Shown here piece after piece: positions 46,958 through 62,959 of a stretch of DNA of 64,000 nt. The stretch lies in the NCBI GenBank assembly GCA_937625935.1, contig OW569357.1, forward strand, positions 248,001 to 312,000, written 5' to 3'. The stretch comes from Tetramitus jugosus (taxonomy: Eukaryota > Protista > Heterolobosea). The notes beneath the pieces were generated by a model. It was not told the origin of the DNA. It saw only the letters and a list, made by a program, of their open reading frames with translations, and ran no database searches. Position 1 is the first letter of the stretch. Every line of letters starts with the position of its first letter. Made by a program: the position numbers and the translations under genes.

Positions 46958-48725
46958 TCACTCGGAAACAGTGACATACCTTTCTCCTGGATTGTCACGG
47001 TCAGTGAGATTGACCAAGAAAGGCAAGGCCAATAACCGTTCTGCAATAGGAGTGGTGATAAAATTGTGAGCAAAATTCAAAGTCTCGAGCACCTTGAAGT
47101 CATCGTTGTTCTCCAGAACTTTCAAGATTTCAATTACTCCTGCATCTCCAAGCATGCCCAATGACAAATCAATAGTTCTCACTCTCCTAGCAATAGCTGA
47201 TTCGAAGAGTGCTTTGCATATCTGATCCACATTCTCATAGTTTCTGATGCCCAAGTATTCAAGACAAGGGAACTTACCTGATTCTTCTTTTGTCAGTAAA
47301 TCAGCCAGTTGATTTGGTTCAAAGTCAGCGCCATAGTCACTAACACCCAACCACAACTCCAAGTGTTGAAGAACTGGAAGATTGGAGTTCCAAATACCTT
47401 CCACGACATTAAATCCGAGACCACCAGTAACAACTGTAATTGATTGGAGGTGGTTGTGGGTGATGGGTGACCAGGAGAGACCTCCAGACCCCTTAATGGT
47501 AAAATGTGACAAGACTGGAAGACCCGACAACAAAGTAGAGAGGTCGGTTTCCCATTGAATCCAACTAACTTCGCACTCGTGTTGAGGTATATCACCCAAG
47601 AATAGAGCTTTAAGATCCTGAAGTTGATTATTATGCCGCCCCAACCATTCGAATAAAGCAGATGAGTCTTCACCCGAATCATCAGACCATGATCCAATGA
47701 TCAACTCCTTATGGCCTTGACTGCGTTTCGATGTCAAGAATTGATCAAGCGTCTCTAAACACATACTCCCTGTGCGGAAAGCAGAGTATTTTGAGTCACG
47801 CCAATCTAGTAAGCAGCGTTGTCTTATTGAATAAGCCATGATATCAAGTGCAGGTAATACATCTCTTGTTGCAGGAGTGACAGAAACGTATTGTCTGGCA
47901 GATTCTCTTGCCACTCTCATCCGATCAGTCATCAAGTGAAACTTTTCAGCAGTCATCAATAATCTCGATTTCTTCTGCTCAAATTGATCATTCAACTCCT
48001 GGGAAAATTTGCCATCACTGTATTCCTTAAATGCCATTCGTTCAAAGAAATTGAATGAATTCAACACTTCACCATTGGCATGTGTTGATGCATGATTAAT
48101 TTGTGCCAACCACAGTGATTCCTCTTGGGCAATCAACTTGACAGTCGTATCGAACGCTGTACAAACAGGTTGCACGCCAAGCAACAAATTTGACACTGGC
48201 AAAAACTTGAATATATGGTAAAAGACATCCGAGGACAGTAGCTCAAAATTGGAAAAGTGTTCTTCATCTTGCAAGACGGAACCTCTTGTGGTAGTATTGA
48301 CAACAACAAGATCAGTTGGAATGGCACTTGCACCAATCAAGTAATCTCGAGGTGAAACCAAAGAACCGGATTGAATTGACTCGGTAATGAATGCCTCTCT
48401 CAAAATGGGTACTGATCACGATCAAACAAACATGCACACACAGTAGTAGGTGAGCAACAACACAACCACTGTACAGGAAAGAAGCATCTGATCAGAATCA
48501 ACAAACAAACATACCATTAAATCTGAGAGCTGACTCTACTTGTCTCGTTCGATGTTCATACTCAAAATTAGTAGAGATCAAATACGTTGTTTCGCCAGGT
48601 GTGACTTTTAGCGTAGTTTGAGCACCACGTTGTCTCACCAACTCTCCCAAGAATTGCTTGGAGTGAGACAATGTTCCAGAGAAAGAAAAGCACACATGTC
48701 TGAAAAGTTGTGGCCTTATGGACAT
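46958..48725 (-). CDS. BRCT + F-box + bacterial STM4015-type LRR protein (exons 48725-48515, 48411-46958)
   Basis: BRCT (FSFSGTLS..LVRQRGA..TTYLI..ALRFN|VPILREAFITESI) restored across intron 48412-48514. F-box LSSDVFYHIFKFLPV. Then ELIIGSW, LKALFLGDI..CEVSWI, LQHLELWLG..DYG, LSLGMLGDAG, and terminal RYVTVSE. Confidence 0.82.
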
Positions 48726-48855
48726 TATTTGGTCAAAGTTGTTTTTCTTGTCGATCTTTAGTCAGTTTTCTGCCCTGAAAAAGTGGCCCTAAATTGGGAG
48801 GGAAAATCAAGTTCTGTCGGACTTTACTCCCACACAAAAAGTTTCACATTGAAAA

Positions 48856-51800
48856 ATGAGTCGACACAGAGCATTGAACTTGGACGATGATGATTATGAT
48901 GACGAGTCAGACTATGCTTCATCCTATGATGGATCATATGGTGCATCACCCGCTCTATGTATGTGTGATCTCACATCCCCCTTTTGAAAAGCTTTTTATT
49001 CTATCAACGGCATTATTCTCACACGAACTTGCTCATGTTTTTTTGTTCGATATGACTTTTAGCACAATACATGTACAATCGCAACAATCAAAATGCGACC
49101 AATCTCTCTTCCTTGATCAACACCACCAACAAGAAACCACAACAACCAGTTGAGGATCAACGTATGTTGTTTGAGTAGGCAACAATTGTTTTTTTGTTTG
49201 TTTAATTTTTGGTTGCAATCTTTTGGTGATCAATCTGACGTTTGCATGTTTTTCTCTTCTCAGAGCTATTGAAGGATTGCATTGAGTATATTGAGCAGTA
49301 TGCTGGTAAGGGCACATTCACTAGAAATGAACTAGTGGAAGTGATTCGAGCAAATGATTATAATGCTGAAGCTGCATTGGACGAGTTGTACGATGGTTCG
49401 TATTCATTTTTTTTTCAATATTGTACGATTGGGTTGTTGAATGCTTGTGGGAATGTTTTCTAATCATCATGCATGTTTCGTAGAAGAAGAGCAAGAGCAA
49501 GAACCAGTGAAAGCTGCACCTGCTGTTGGAATTCAAATCAAGTCAAGTGGTGCAAACAAGGGCAGTAACAACAAGAAGAACACCAATAATAACACCAAGA
49601 AGCAACCACAACAACAACCAAAGGCAACTCCTGCTGTTGTTGTCACAACTACCAAAGGTAATTGTCATTTTTGTCTTGATTTTTTGTGTTCAATTGTAGA
49701 GGGGGAGGGGATTGTGTGTCAATAGTCACTCGTCGCGTATAAATCGTGCGGTATATTTGTTGGAACACGAAATGGAAAAGAATTTGGATTTGATACAGTG
49801 ATTGATGTTGTCCACTTGGATATTGCAACGCAATCCGAAAATTCATAAGGAAACGAAAATGCCATATACATTCTTCTTTATTGTGATGATGACTGCTGCC
49901 CTGTCTCTTTCTGCATCGAACGATACCTCTATCTCTATTATGTAAATGAAAGACATATTTCTCATAAATATGATGAATCAAACAAATATAGATGATGGTG
50001 CACACGATGCTACACTTATGAAGAGTCTTGGTAGAGGAAGTACGATACACAGTGGTGGTGGTTTAGGACGAGGTGGTAGTTCCATTTTGAGTGCGGGAAG
50101 AGGTGTAGCTGTCGGCAGAGGAGTACCACTTTCTCAAGGAAGAGGCAGAGGGACACCTTCTATTGGTCGTGGTAGAGGTGGTCCCATATTGCACGTATCT
50201 CGAGCAATTGTACAACAGAGTGATGAAAGTGATTCATCCGAGAATGAAGAGTCAGATGATGACCAGCAAATGAACGAAGATCGGTCTGACTCATCCTCTG
50301 AAGAGGAAATCGAGGCAGTGACCAACAAAATCGAACAAATATCTATGAATCAATCATCAGCAAACCAAAGTGAGGACTATCCAGAATTGAGACTAGAAGA
50401 TTCACGATTCGTGCAGTTGACACCATCTCCTCTCGCCCAGAGTTTATTACAGAGGCTTACTGACACTTCTTTTATGTATTCGTTCCTATCTGACAAAAAA
50501 TTATCGATATTTGATTATCATGGTCATGATGTGTTCAAATTTGATGTGCCATCTCCAGATGATGCTGCCTTCTCCGCCAGAGATCAAAGTAAAATTTCAC
50601 ACAAGGCTGAAAATGTAAAGTTTAAGCCAATCGTGAAGCAACAAGGTGCAAACAAACCAAAGGCCAAGTCAGGTTTGACCGTTGAATTAGCCGAAGTTGA
50701 TAAGAAGCCTGCAAAGGACGAAGCAAAAACACCTACAACACCATTTAGTTTCAAACCCAAGGGGCCTGCCCCAACTGATGAAAGTAAACAAAGAGTCAAT
50801 GTTGTCATTATTGGCCATGTGGATGCAGGAAAGAGTACACTGATGGGCCATTTGTTGGTACAAACTGGTATGGTCAGTGACAAGCAATTGCATAAGTTCA
50901 AGAAGGAGTCCCAAGAAAAGGGCAAAGCTTCATTTGCTTATGCATGGGTATTGGATGAACACCCTGAGGAGAGAGAAAGAGGTGTTACAATTGATGTTGG
51001 TGTGCGTTACTTTGATACACCAAACAGGCACGTAACTATTTTGGATGCTCCTGGTCATAGAGATTTTATTCCAAATATGATCACTGGTGCTTCTCAAGCA
51101 GATATGGCTATCCTTGTGGTTGATGCTTCCATTGGTGAATTCGAGAGTGGTTTCCAGAGTGGAGGACAAACAAAAGAGCATTTGATTCTCGCAAGAAGCT
51201 TGGGTGTTTCTGAGGTGTTGGTTGTTGTGAACAAGCTGGATATGGTCAATTGGGATCAAGAGAGATTCAATTATATTTCAGAGCAAATCGGTCTCTTCAT
51301 GAAGCAGATTGGCTATAGAGGCGAGAAGGATGCTGTATTCATACCAGGAAGCGGTTTGAATGGAATCAATCTTGTGGATCGTGCCTCCAAGACTGCTCAA
51401 GATAAGAAGAACCCAGCTGCAAGTGAAGCTGCCAAACTCGCTCAATGGTATGATGGGCCTTCAATCGTTGAACATATCGATCATTTTACTCCAGCAAACA
51501 GAGACGTGGAGAAACCATTCCGAATGTCCATTAACGATGTGTACAAGACACTGCAAACTGGTGTGACTGTGGCAGGTCGTGTAGACTCTGGTCATATTTC
51601 AATCGATGATCATCTTCTCGTTGTTCCACTGAACGAGATGTGTGTTGTCAAGACCATTTTGAGGCACAAAGGCAATGTTCAAACTGCATATGCTGGTGAC
51701 AATGTGGAACTTGGTCTGGGCAAAATTGATATTAATATGTTGAACGTTGGGTCAATTCTGTGCGATCCTGCTCATCCAATTCAACTGGCAAAGAAGTTTG

Positions 51801-52144
51801 AGGCTCGTATTGCGACGTTTGAAATGGACATCCCAATTACCAAAGGAGCTCAAGTTGTTCTTCACATTCACAACATTAATGTGCCAGCGGTCGTATCACG
51901 TCTCAAGTGTACCTTGAACAAGCATCAAGAAGTACTCAAAAAGAAACCTAGAGTCCTTTCAAGCAATACGACAGCCATTGTCGAAGTCAAACTTTCAGAC
52001 AAGCAAACAATACCGTTGGAGCGATATGCTGACTTCCCAACATTTGGAAGATTCATGTTGAGAGCGAACGGAAAGACAGTAGCTGCCGGTATGGCAACTG
52101 AAATCCTGGATTCAAAATCCAGCAAGAAATCCAAGGCCGAGTAA
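48856..52144 (+). CDS. HBS1L: HBS1-like translational GTPase with SKI7 motifs (exons 48856-48958, 49063-49161, 49264-49395, 49484-49657, 49992-52144)
   Basis: MSRHR start, HBS1_N helical domain (IRANDYNAEAALDEL), GHVDAGKSTLMG, ERERGVTID, DAPGHRDF, NKLD. Four phase-1 GT-AG introns keep the frame. Confidence 0.93.
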
Positions 52145-52333
52145 CTCTAGAGTTCACACAGTTACCTGTAAACAACTAACTTATGATCTTTCGGACTTTC
52201 TATTCTTCCTCACGCCCAAAAGCCAAAAAAATTTTCATGTCAATCAAAACGGAGCTTGTTCACCCAATAAAAAAAAAGTCAAACAACCAACAACGCGCCT
52301 TGACATACTTTTTCAATCAAAAACGCGAAGAAA

Positions 52334-54285
<1,952 letters not shown>

Positions 54286-54321
54286 ATAATTGTACCATTT
54301 ATTATTTAGATTAGAATCTCA

Positions 54322-57300
54322 TTAGAGGTGAGCTCCCCATCCTTGGAATAGGCATGCCAATTGCTGTTCACTCGTAGCAGTTTTGATCAGTTTGTTCACG
54401 TGACCCTTAACGCTGAGGTGCTGACCCTCCTCAAATCCTTTCAATTTCTCGTTCAGTCTCAAGAGGGCTCTTCTGGCATCCGCACTCACATTCTTCTTCT
54501 GATTTATTCCTCCCATAAAACCCTCGATTGGTTGTTCACTCTGACGCCTGATCAACTTCTCTGGTGATAAACTCCATTTATACAGAGGATCATGGATAAG
54601 CACCTCAATAACAAGAGAGATTAATTCGGCATTATTTCTTAAGACCGTCATTGTGTGCTCAGAACAGTTTCTGAACACGCCCTCCACGCCCGTTACACCA
54701 AAACCATCGATAAGATCTCTTGTGAGACGGAATGGAATTCCTTCTGGAATGGGCAGGAGCTGACCTTGGTCGAACGCAACACCCAAATCGATATGAACAA
54801 CTTCGGCAGATTTAGTATCCAACAAAATGTTGTGCAAATGTCGATCTCCCAGACCAATAATATAACCAACAATAGAATTCGCAGCCACAGATCTAGTATA
54901 ATTCAATCTCTTTGCGAACCATTCAGTTGGTGTGGCAAACTTTTCAGTGAAGAAATGATGGAACACAGGTTTGAATTGCTGGCACACCTTCCTGAAAGTT
55001 GTAATTCTTTCCTTTACGGACTTTTGGGCACTTGCACCAATCATGGCTCTGCATTCCTCATGTCGTTTGTCTTTTGGTCTATATTTTGTGTGAGCTCCTC
55101 CTCTACCGTCTGGTCCAATAAGATATGTCATCATTGGGATTGTATTTTCGACCCATCCCAATAAACCGGTCGTTGGGCTTAATGGAATCACCTTGTAAGT
55201 TCGTATTCTTAAGTTCCTCTTTTTAGTATTCTTGTCCGAGGAAAGTAAAGTATTGACCAATGAAAACAATTGCTCCATCACTGCATCTTGTCTCAGATCA
55301 TCCTTACCCTTCACCAGTTGTTTGTATCTCTTTCCGTCAGAACCAATACATCTAATAATTTTCGGCAAATTTACTCCTCCCGCATACGATATTTCCTCGC
55401 TAAATCTGACCACATAGGGATAATCACTCGTTAAACTTTGAGAAGTATGCACAGGTAACTCGATTGTTGGGACAGGAACGTGACGTAGCTCGTTAATTTT
55501 CATAAGATTGACGTTCGGACTCAATCTCTTCTGAGGATTCTTTTTGTCAACCGGAATATACGCAAGTTCTATATAGGATTCCGTTAGGTCCCTATATTGT
55601 CGAATAAGTTCTCCATTTTCTTGGTTGGCAATCTGAGCTAATAATTCTTTGGCGGACGTAATCCTTGCTGTGTCTGCACTGTGGTGCTCATTGTTTTGGT
55701 CCACTTGTGACAATCTGTCTCCATTGCTTAAAGCAAAGATTTGGAGTAAGGTGTGATGTGGATATGCCTTACAAAGTCTCAGCATCAATTGATACACTTG
55801 CTTATGGAACTCGGTAGTTCTCCCACTGATTCGAGAGGCAATCTGGTACACCAGCGGAATGAACTTGTAGATTGGAAGTAGCTCACGGGCGCGCTGCATT
55901 CGCTTATTAACTTCGAGGTCATCCGCATTTGAAAACCACAGAGAACACAATCGGAACACAATGGAGATGTCATACTTGTCTCCAAGCTCAGCAGCCTTAA
56001 TTAAATGATCCATTGTTTGCTGTAAGAGAGTCTTGCGGCTATCGTCAAGATTTCTGATATATGCCTCATCCCGGACGATGCTGTCTCCTAAACCTCGCAC
56101 GAAAGAAGGAATGGATCGCTCTTTCTTCAATTGTTGGAGAATCTCAGCTGTCGTAATTGTGGGATCGATCTGAACGTTTCGTTCTGCGAGTGATGTCCGA
56201 AGAGCATCAAGAACCAAGGTTCTGTTGGTTTCGATGATATCTTTTCGAGTTTTTAGCTCCTCACTTTGGAGAACCTGCATTAGATTATTATGAATGGTAT
56301 CATAGAACTTTGCAAGGGATTGATACGCCTTACTTTTGTCCTCCATTTGTAATCCGTCAGTTAATAGAGAGGAAATAATATCTGAGCTCTCTGACTGAGA
56401 AGTAAGCAACCACCGACCGATCATATTATTCACTCTGGCGATGTCATTCGTGTTTCTCACATTTTTTTCCTTGAGATAAGAAACCAGTAGATTAGCCACG
56501 TTGACAGCCGAGTCCTGCTCGCCACGAGCCCACAATAGTTTTGCTTGTTCTATCAACCATAAACTAGCACTGTCCTTGAAAATAGGTGCAGATGACAGTC
56601 GATTCATAATGTTTGCTGCATATGAATATTGTCCATCCTTTCGTGCCATCCGCACCATGCGAATAAGATGAAGTGGATTATTTGGTTCAAATAATTGAAT
56701 TATCACAGAGCGTAGTGCCAACAGTGGTTCAACATCTTGAAATGATCGATCAGTTATTCTGGTTCCGGTTAATCCCAACCACTTGGATACAGAAGGTGAT
56801 CGACTAACATTTGGATTGGTCAGCCGAGAGGTCCAGGCTTCATTTACATCCGAAAGCATTTGTAACTTGATTAAAGCAGGTGAAATATCGATTCCAGAAG
56901 CCAGCTCATGGATAATGGACCCTCGACCCTTAGCAAATGCTGTTGTAAAACTCTTTTCATCACCCTCCTTGATGGAATTGAGGCAATAGAATATATTTTG
57001 ATGGAAATGAGCATTAACATTTGTAAGAGCTGTTGGCGTCTCAGTCCATGAACTGTTGCGCCACGCTTGTTCAAATCTTAATTCTTGCAGATCAATACTG
57101 TCCGCTTCTCCCCTCAACAGGAGAGCACTAGTCTGGTTATATCCCAAATTTTTTAAAGAACTAACAATTCCTCTCTTACTCTTGAGGTTTTGGAGAGCAT
57201 CATCAGCTGCAAGTGCATCATAGGCGCTGAGTGCCTGTTGATAATTTCCTTCTCGCTCTGATTTCAGAATAAAGGTGTTGATACCATAGTTACGAGACAC

Positions 57301-60300
57301 ACCATCAAACCCATCAGGCTCGTTTATGCGCTGATAGGCTCGCAACAGAAGATTTTGCTCTCTGGGGGCACAATCTTCAAATGTTAGTGCAGTCGATATT
57401 GTACTCAAAACTTGATTTTCTTCGCAATACAACTCTGTATAAAATACAGCAGTGTGTACAGCGTTCGCTCTTAAGGCTGCATCAGCAACTGATATAGCAG
57501 ATAAGTTCAACCAATATTTGGTCTTGTTGATAGTCTTTTCGGTCAATGACTGGAGAAAGTTACGATAAAGTATGTGTAACGTACTCAATAGAACACGTAT
57601 CGCTCTAACATCAATGCTGAGATTCGATACAATATGAGTGTTAATCATCATAGATAACTTCTCACAAACCTGAGCGGAATGTTTGCTCTGGGAAAGATCA
57701 TAAATAAGGAACGGGAAAATCTTCTCAGCAAACTCTGGCTTGCATAATGAAATATCAGCACACATTCTCAATACGTGGTCCTCAACACAATTTCTAATCA
57801 GAGAATTCACAATATTCATTATCCATTGATCGTATGTTCGTTGATCAGTGCTAAACAAATCGCTACTGAATACGTCATAATTCACTTCATACTTGGTTTT
57901 GGCGAGAAACTGCACATATCCTGTGGAATATGGACGTTGAGTGGAAGAGAGAGTAGTAATGAATGGTTGAAGTGATAGCTTGAGAGAATCTGGAAGTAAG
58001 CTGTACGATGCCTGACCTTGTTCGGTTGCTAATATTCTTCGCAAGGTTTCCGAAGCAACTCGAACGACATGAACACACCGATCAACCAAATATGAATTCA
58101 AAAGCTTAAGCACCCTCTTCCCGGCTACCTCTCTAATCTCAGAGTTCGTCCATTGCTCTAGCTTAATCGTGTCAAACTCGTACTCATAATGTTCATTTTC
58201 AGCTTGAAGAAGCGACGTTGATAAGCTCAGAATTCCCAGACACTCCCCTGCAGCCGTTTTGTCAATCGTATTATAGTGTCCCCGACAGACTCGAACGAGC
58301 TTAGATATAGCTCGAAGCATCATTTCAGAAGGAACAGACTCAGTTGATAAAGCTCTTTCATTCTGCTTTAGAACATGCAAAAGCTGAAGAACTCCCTCAG
58401 CACCGGACCGAGTAACGAAAAGAGAAATTTCCTCACTGAATGAAACTTTTCTGCTTTCCAAAAAGATCTGTCGAAGCTTTGTTGATTCTCCCAATCTATC
58501 GAGACAAGTAGGATCTAAATGGCTCATAAATCTCTGCAACTCCCTGTCATGAATAATAAGATGCTCCAAGACTTTGTATGCAGGCAATTCCGAGGTTGCG
58601 GTACCCTGGCTACTAATCAAATCAACCATGTAATTCACTATTGTTTGGATATTTGAGGCAATAACTTCGGTGTCTTCTCGATCTTCATTTGTTCGAACCG
58701 TTTGGAGTACTTTGAAAAGTAAAGAGCATGAAACATTCTCCAATCCAGGAAATTGGGTTGCTTCTAAAATAATATGAATCACATAACGAAGTGTACTTGA
58801 AACACTCAAGCCTGTGGCGCCTAAACTATCTACTAGGAGCTCTAAACTCTTCAAACCATCTATTCTTGAGAATTGATTATGCGTAGTGAATATCTTCTCA
58901 TGGACATTGTACAGCATCAGCTGGATACGACCCTTGTGTTGCTTTAGCAAAGAAAATATCGAATCGCAGTTTAGTTGCCGCGCAAGCTTCAGGAGTGCTG
59001 TCTGCACAGTTGAATAATCAAAGAACGGCTGCTGACCGCACTCATTGGAAGTTAATAAAAGCACCATGTCGACGAGCACATTATCCATCTCACCGAGGAG
59101 ACACCTTTGGAAATCAGAACCGAGAATTTCTCGAACATAATTATCCATCCTGCTGCCCGTCTCCTTGTTGCTGAGATACAACATATAATAATATGAGAAT
59201 ATAGAGCTGAAATTAGCCACAACTAGGTCACGAGGGCGTTTTTGTGCATTGAGCATTGATGCAATCTGTTCGATCATTCCTCCCTGTTCTATGGCAAATG
59301 GAATAATATGAGCTCCATATTCATGCAAGATTTGTCCAATGGATGTCTTGCCGAATAATACAAAAGGAAATGAGTCCAGTCCATTTTCACGAACCCAGTG
59401 ATACATAATAACCTTGATATTTTCCTCCAACAGTTCGAGCATACTCTCATAGCCAAAGTTATCTGATAGATAAACAAGTATTTGTTGTATGAAATTGCTT
59501 AATCCACTAAACTTTGTAAAAAATGTCACCAAGTAAACGACGATATTTCGTTCAAGACTCTCATTCCGAAGCGCGAAGAATGAGATAGCAAGAAGAGCAG
59601 TTCGACTCTTTTCAAATTCTTTCTCTTTCAAAAGTGGTAAAACAACCTTGGCCATAGTTCGTCGAAACAATTCTGTAGCTAGCTTTGGGGTGATCGATAT
59701 TTGTCCAAATATGCCCCCTGCATTCAGTCTGATAAAATAATTTGAATCGTGAAGTGCATCTACAATGTTCTCAGTATCTTCCTCAAATTGCGCGACACCT
59801 AACAATTTTTGAATACACAGAACATAGCTCTCTCTCTCCTGGTAATCAAGTTTGTTTTGATCCATTAAATTCTTGAAATTTGTAAGTAATTTTTGGCATA
59901 CTTCGACTAACGATGCAACCTCCGAGTTATTTCCATACGAACGCGATAATCCAGCACAAACTCCAACAATATTCATTATCATGCTTCTACTATTCGGATC
60001 TTGTACAGCAGTAGGCATGTGTGAAAAAGCATCAACACATATCTGAATGTTATTCATCTCACAACAACGGAGGATCACTTCAAATTTTAGCAAGATAGAC
60101 ATCCTAGCATGCTTCAAAACTGAAGAAAGCTCATCATAAATAATGGTTGCCAAAGCAGGACATCTCTTGCCGATAACAGAAAGAATTTTCAGCGCTCTCT
60201 CAGTGGCCACTTGGTTCTTCAATGTACTTCCAAATCGAAAATTGACTGTACTCGTGTTTACATCACTAATATCATCATCTCCATCAAAGCTCTGAAGAGA

Positions 60301-62802
60301 GTCGCTCTGGCTTGATATTGGACTGGCCACATCCTTAAAACTATTCTCAAAAAAGTTCGAAATGTGTCTCGAAATGAGTTTCCAATCGTCTCTCGCATAA
60401 AGAAAAGTATGTTCATCAACTCCTTGTACAACACTTTCAATTAACTGCAAAGAAGTAGGCCATGAAGGACTAGTTGACTTCATATTCTTGGATACATAGC
60501 GCAGAAGAACATTGAATGACCGCATGAGGTTCTCGCGAGTATTTCTACCGGATTCACCATTCCAACGACCACTCAAATTAATAATTACAGTCATTAAATA
60601 GAGACAACAGTCAACATCCTGAGTCATGGTTGAGATTTCCTCCTCTGTAATGCTTTTCACTACCGATGCCATTTGATGTAAAATATCAGACAACAATGTA
60701 GCATCAACACAGCAGAATGTCTTCTGGTCCCTGCTCTCCTTCTGCTTTGTTGGTCGTATCTTGAACGGATCAGACAATAGTGAAAATTGAGCTAAATATT
60801 TGCCGTGCTTCGAATCATCAGAAACTGGATTAACACTTGCTACCTGTGCAAGTTCAATCTTTTGTACAATGCTATCTAGAAATAATGAAACCGAATCAGA
60901 TGAAACTGAATCACTAGAGGAATATTGAGGATGGCGCAAGTACCTAAATACCCATTGAAGCAATGGCGCAACATTTGAAACTGAGGATGTTCCTTGATGC
61001 CTCTGTAAAGTTAACACTGTTGTCGCAAAAGTGAGAGTGGTTTCATCACAATAATGAGGGTCTTGGAAAAACTTTGAAGCCAAGATATTGGAAACATCAT
61101 CACTAAATACTCGTGATGGTGCAATATGAACCAAAATTGCTCTTACTACACGTAGAGCACAAAGTGCTAGAGTACCTTCTGTTGTCACAAACTTTGATAC
61201 AATAGGCAAGATTGTTTCCAACCAAAGAGGTATGACATCTTGATCTTTTGATTGATCAAAGTTCATTGCCAATAGTTCTAACGCTTCCAAAGCGCTAGTT
61301 TTATCGCAATTCTGATTCTGTATCCAACTTACCAAAGCCTCTGTCGCGGAGTGCAAGAAATTGGAAGGAAGACTGCATTTATGTCTCCTAACTAAATGGA
61401 GGAGCAGTATCTGCCAATTTATAGTCACCATATCATTGTTCATTCTTGCTTTTATCCTCTCAAGGAAACGATCAAAAATTGAGGACAACTTTCTTCGCTT
61501 ACTCTGTGGCTCTACATCCTTGCCATTTTGAACAAAGTCTGTCTCCTCCTTATAACTCATTGTCAAAAAGAAGATATCGGCAGACAAGTCGAAAAAGAGT
61601 TTTAGATGATGCCTTCTCTTTTTGATCTGTTTTTGGCCAATAGTACGCGCGGCCTGAGAAAACAATCTTGTTTCACTCAATCCATGGAGTACCATTTGAT
61701 AAATGGATGCAATAGAATCTCGGTTGAGAACACTTCGAATATCAGTCGATAATCTGGCCTCCATCACTATTCTAAAAAATAAACAAATCTCTGCTCTCAA
61801 CGGTTCACTCTTCGTTTCTTTCCACACGTCACAGAAATAAGGAGTACTATCTTCACAAAACGCTTGTACGAGTGGAATAAAATCTTGTACATTCTTAATC
61901 ACAACCGCATTCATTGCTGTCAACATGTGAAGACTGGTTGCCTCAAAACTATTTCCTTGTTGCTTTTTGTTGACATATGAGGAAAATAAGTTCAACATAT
62001 CTTCAAATATCGGATAAGTATCATGTGGATACTTGCACAAGATGGATTCTACAGTGTGAGAAAACTGTTTTGACTCGGGCTGAGAAATTTGATGCTTTGA
62101 ATCCGTGATCATACTCATAAGCTTTCGTAGCCACTCCAAGATCTCCTTTTGATCAAACTTCAAGGAACAAGCTCTATTATACATTATAAATCTCAAAATA
62201 TCGCAGTAATCAGCAGTAAAGTACGACCTCTTGTTCACATCATCAAACTTGTTAAAAATGTGCTCAAACAGAGCTTCGAGAGCCTTTTTTGTTAACAAGT
62301 CTTGACCAGTACTACTAGCATGTTTTCCATCCTTGAGCACATCTCCATTCTTCTCCTCGCTGTCCACACACTCCACCAGGCACTTGATGATTGTGCTCAA
62401 TGGCTCAGTGACATACTTTCTCATGTTTTTATTCTTATTCTTCATTTGTTGTTGTACTTCTTCGTCGAGGGCTGGAATCAATGCAGATGCAATACACTTG
62501 GACCATGTGGGACGAGCAATGAGATGCAAATTGGACTCACTCTTCAATCTAACAACAAATAAACGAAGTTTTTCCACTGATGCCTAAAACAACATAACAA
62601 CATAACGTTGAGCTTTAGTAGTGAGAAAACGCATCGAACGAAAAAAAAAGTGGACAACAATCATCAAGCATACTCTTCTCTCGGTAGCTTTGGAAGATCT
62701 GATTGAACCTTCCAAAAATTTGAGTTCCTCTGCCAAAGCAGATGTGGATGAAGAAGCAGATGCGACCTTTGAAGGACTCGGATCGCTGTTGTTGCTGCTC
62801 AT
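54322..62802 (-). CDS. ATM: ATM/Tel1 PIKK kinase (exons 62802-62674, 62583-54322)
   Basis: TAN motif IRSSKATERR, FAT region, GGVNLPKII.C.GSDGKRYKQLVKGKDDLRQDAVMEQLF, GLGDRHLHNILLD, FATC ending LFQGWGAHL. Intron 62584-62673 (GTATGC..TAG). Confidence 0.96.
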
Positions 62803-62959
62803 TGTTGTTTTGCGTGTGGTTCTGTTTTTTTTTAATGAGACAAAACCAGTTCACAAAAAACATCTGATGGTTTTTCACTTCCAGAGATGCGTCGAACTTT
62901 TCAACTCTGCCGCCACAAAAAAAACAACTCCAGCCAAGAGAGAGAACGTTTTGTGAGAG

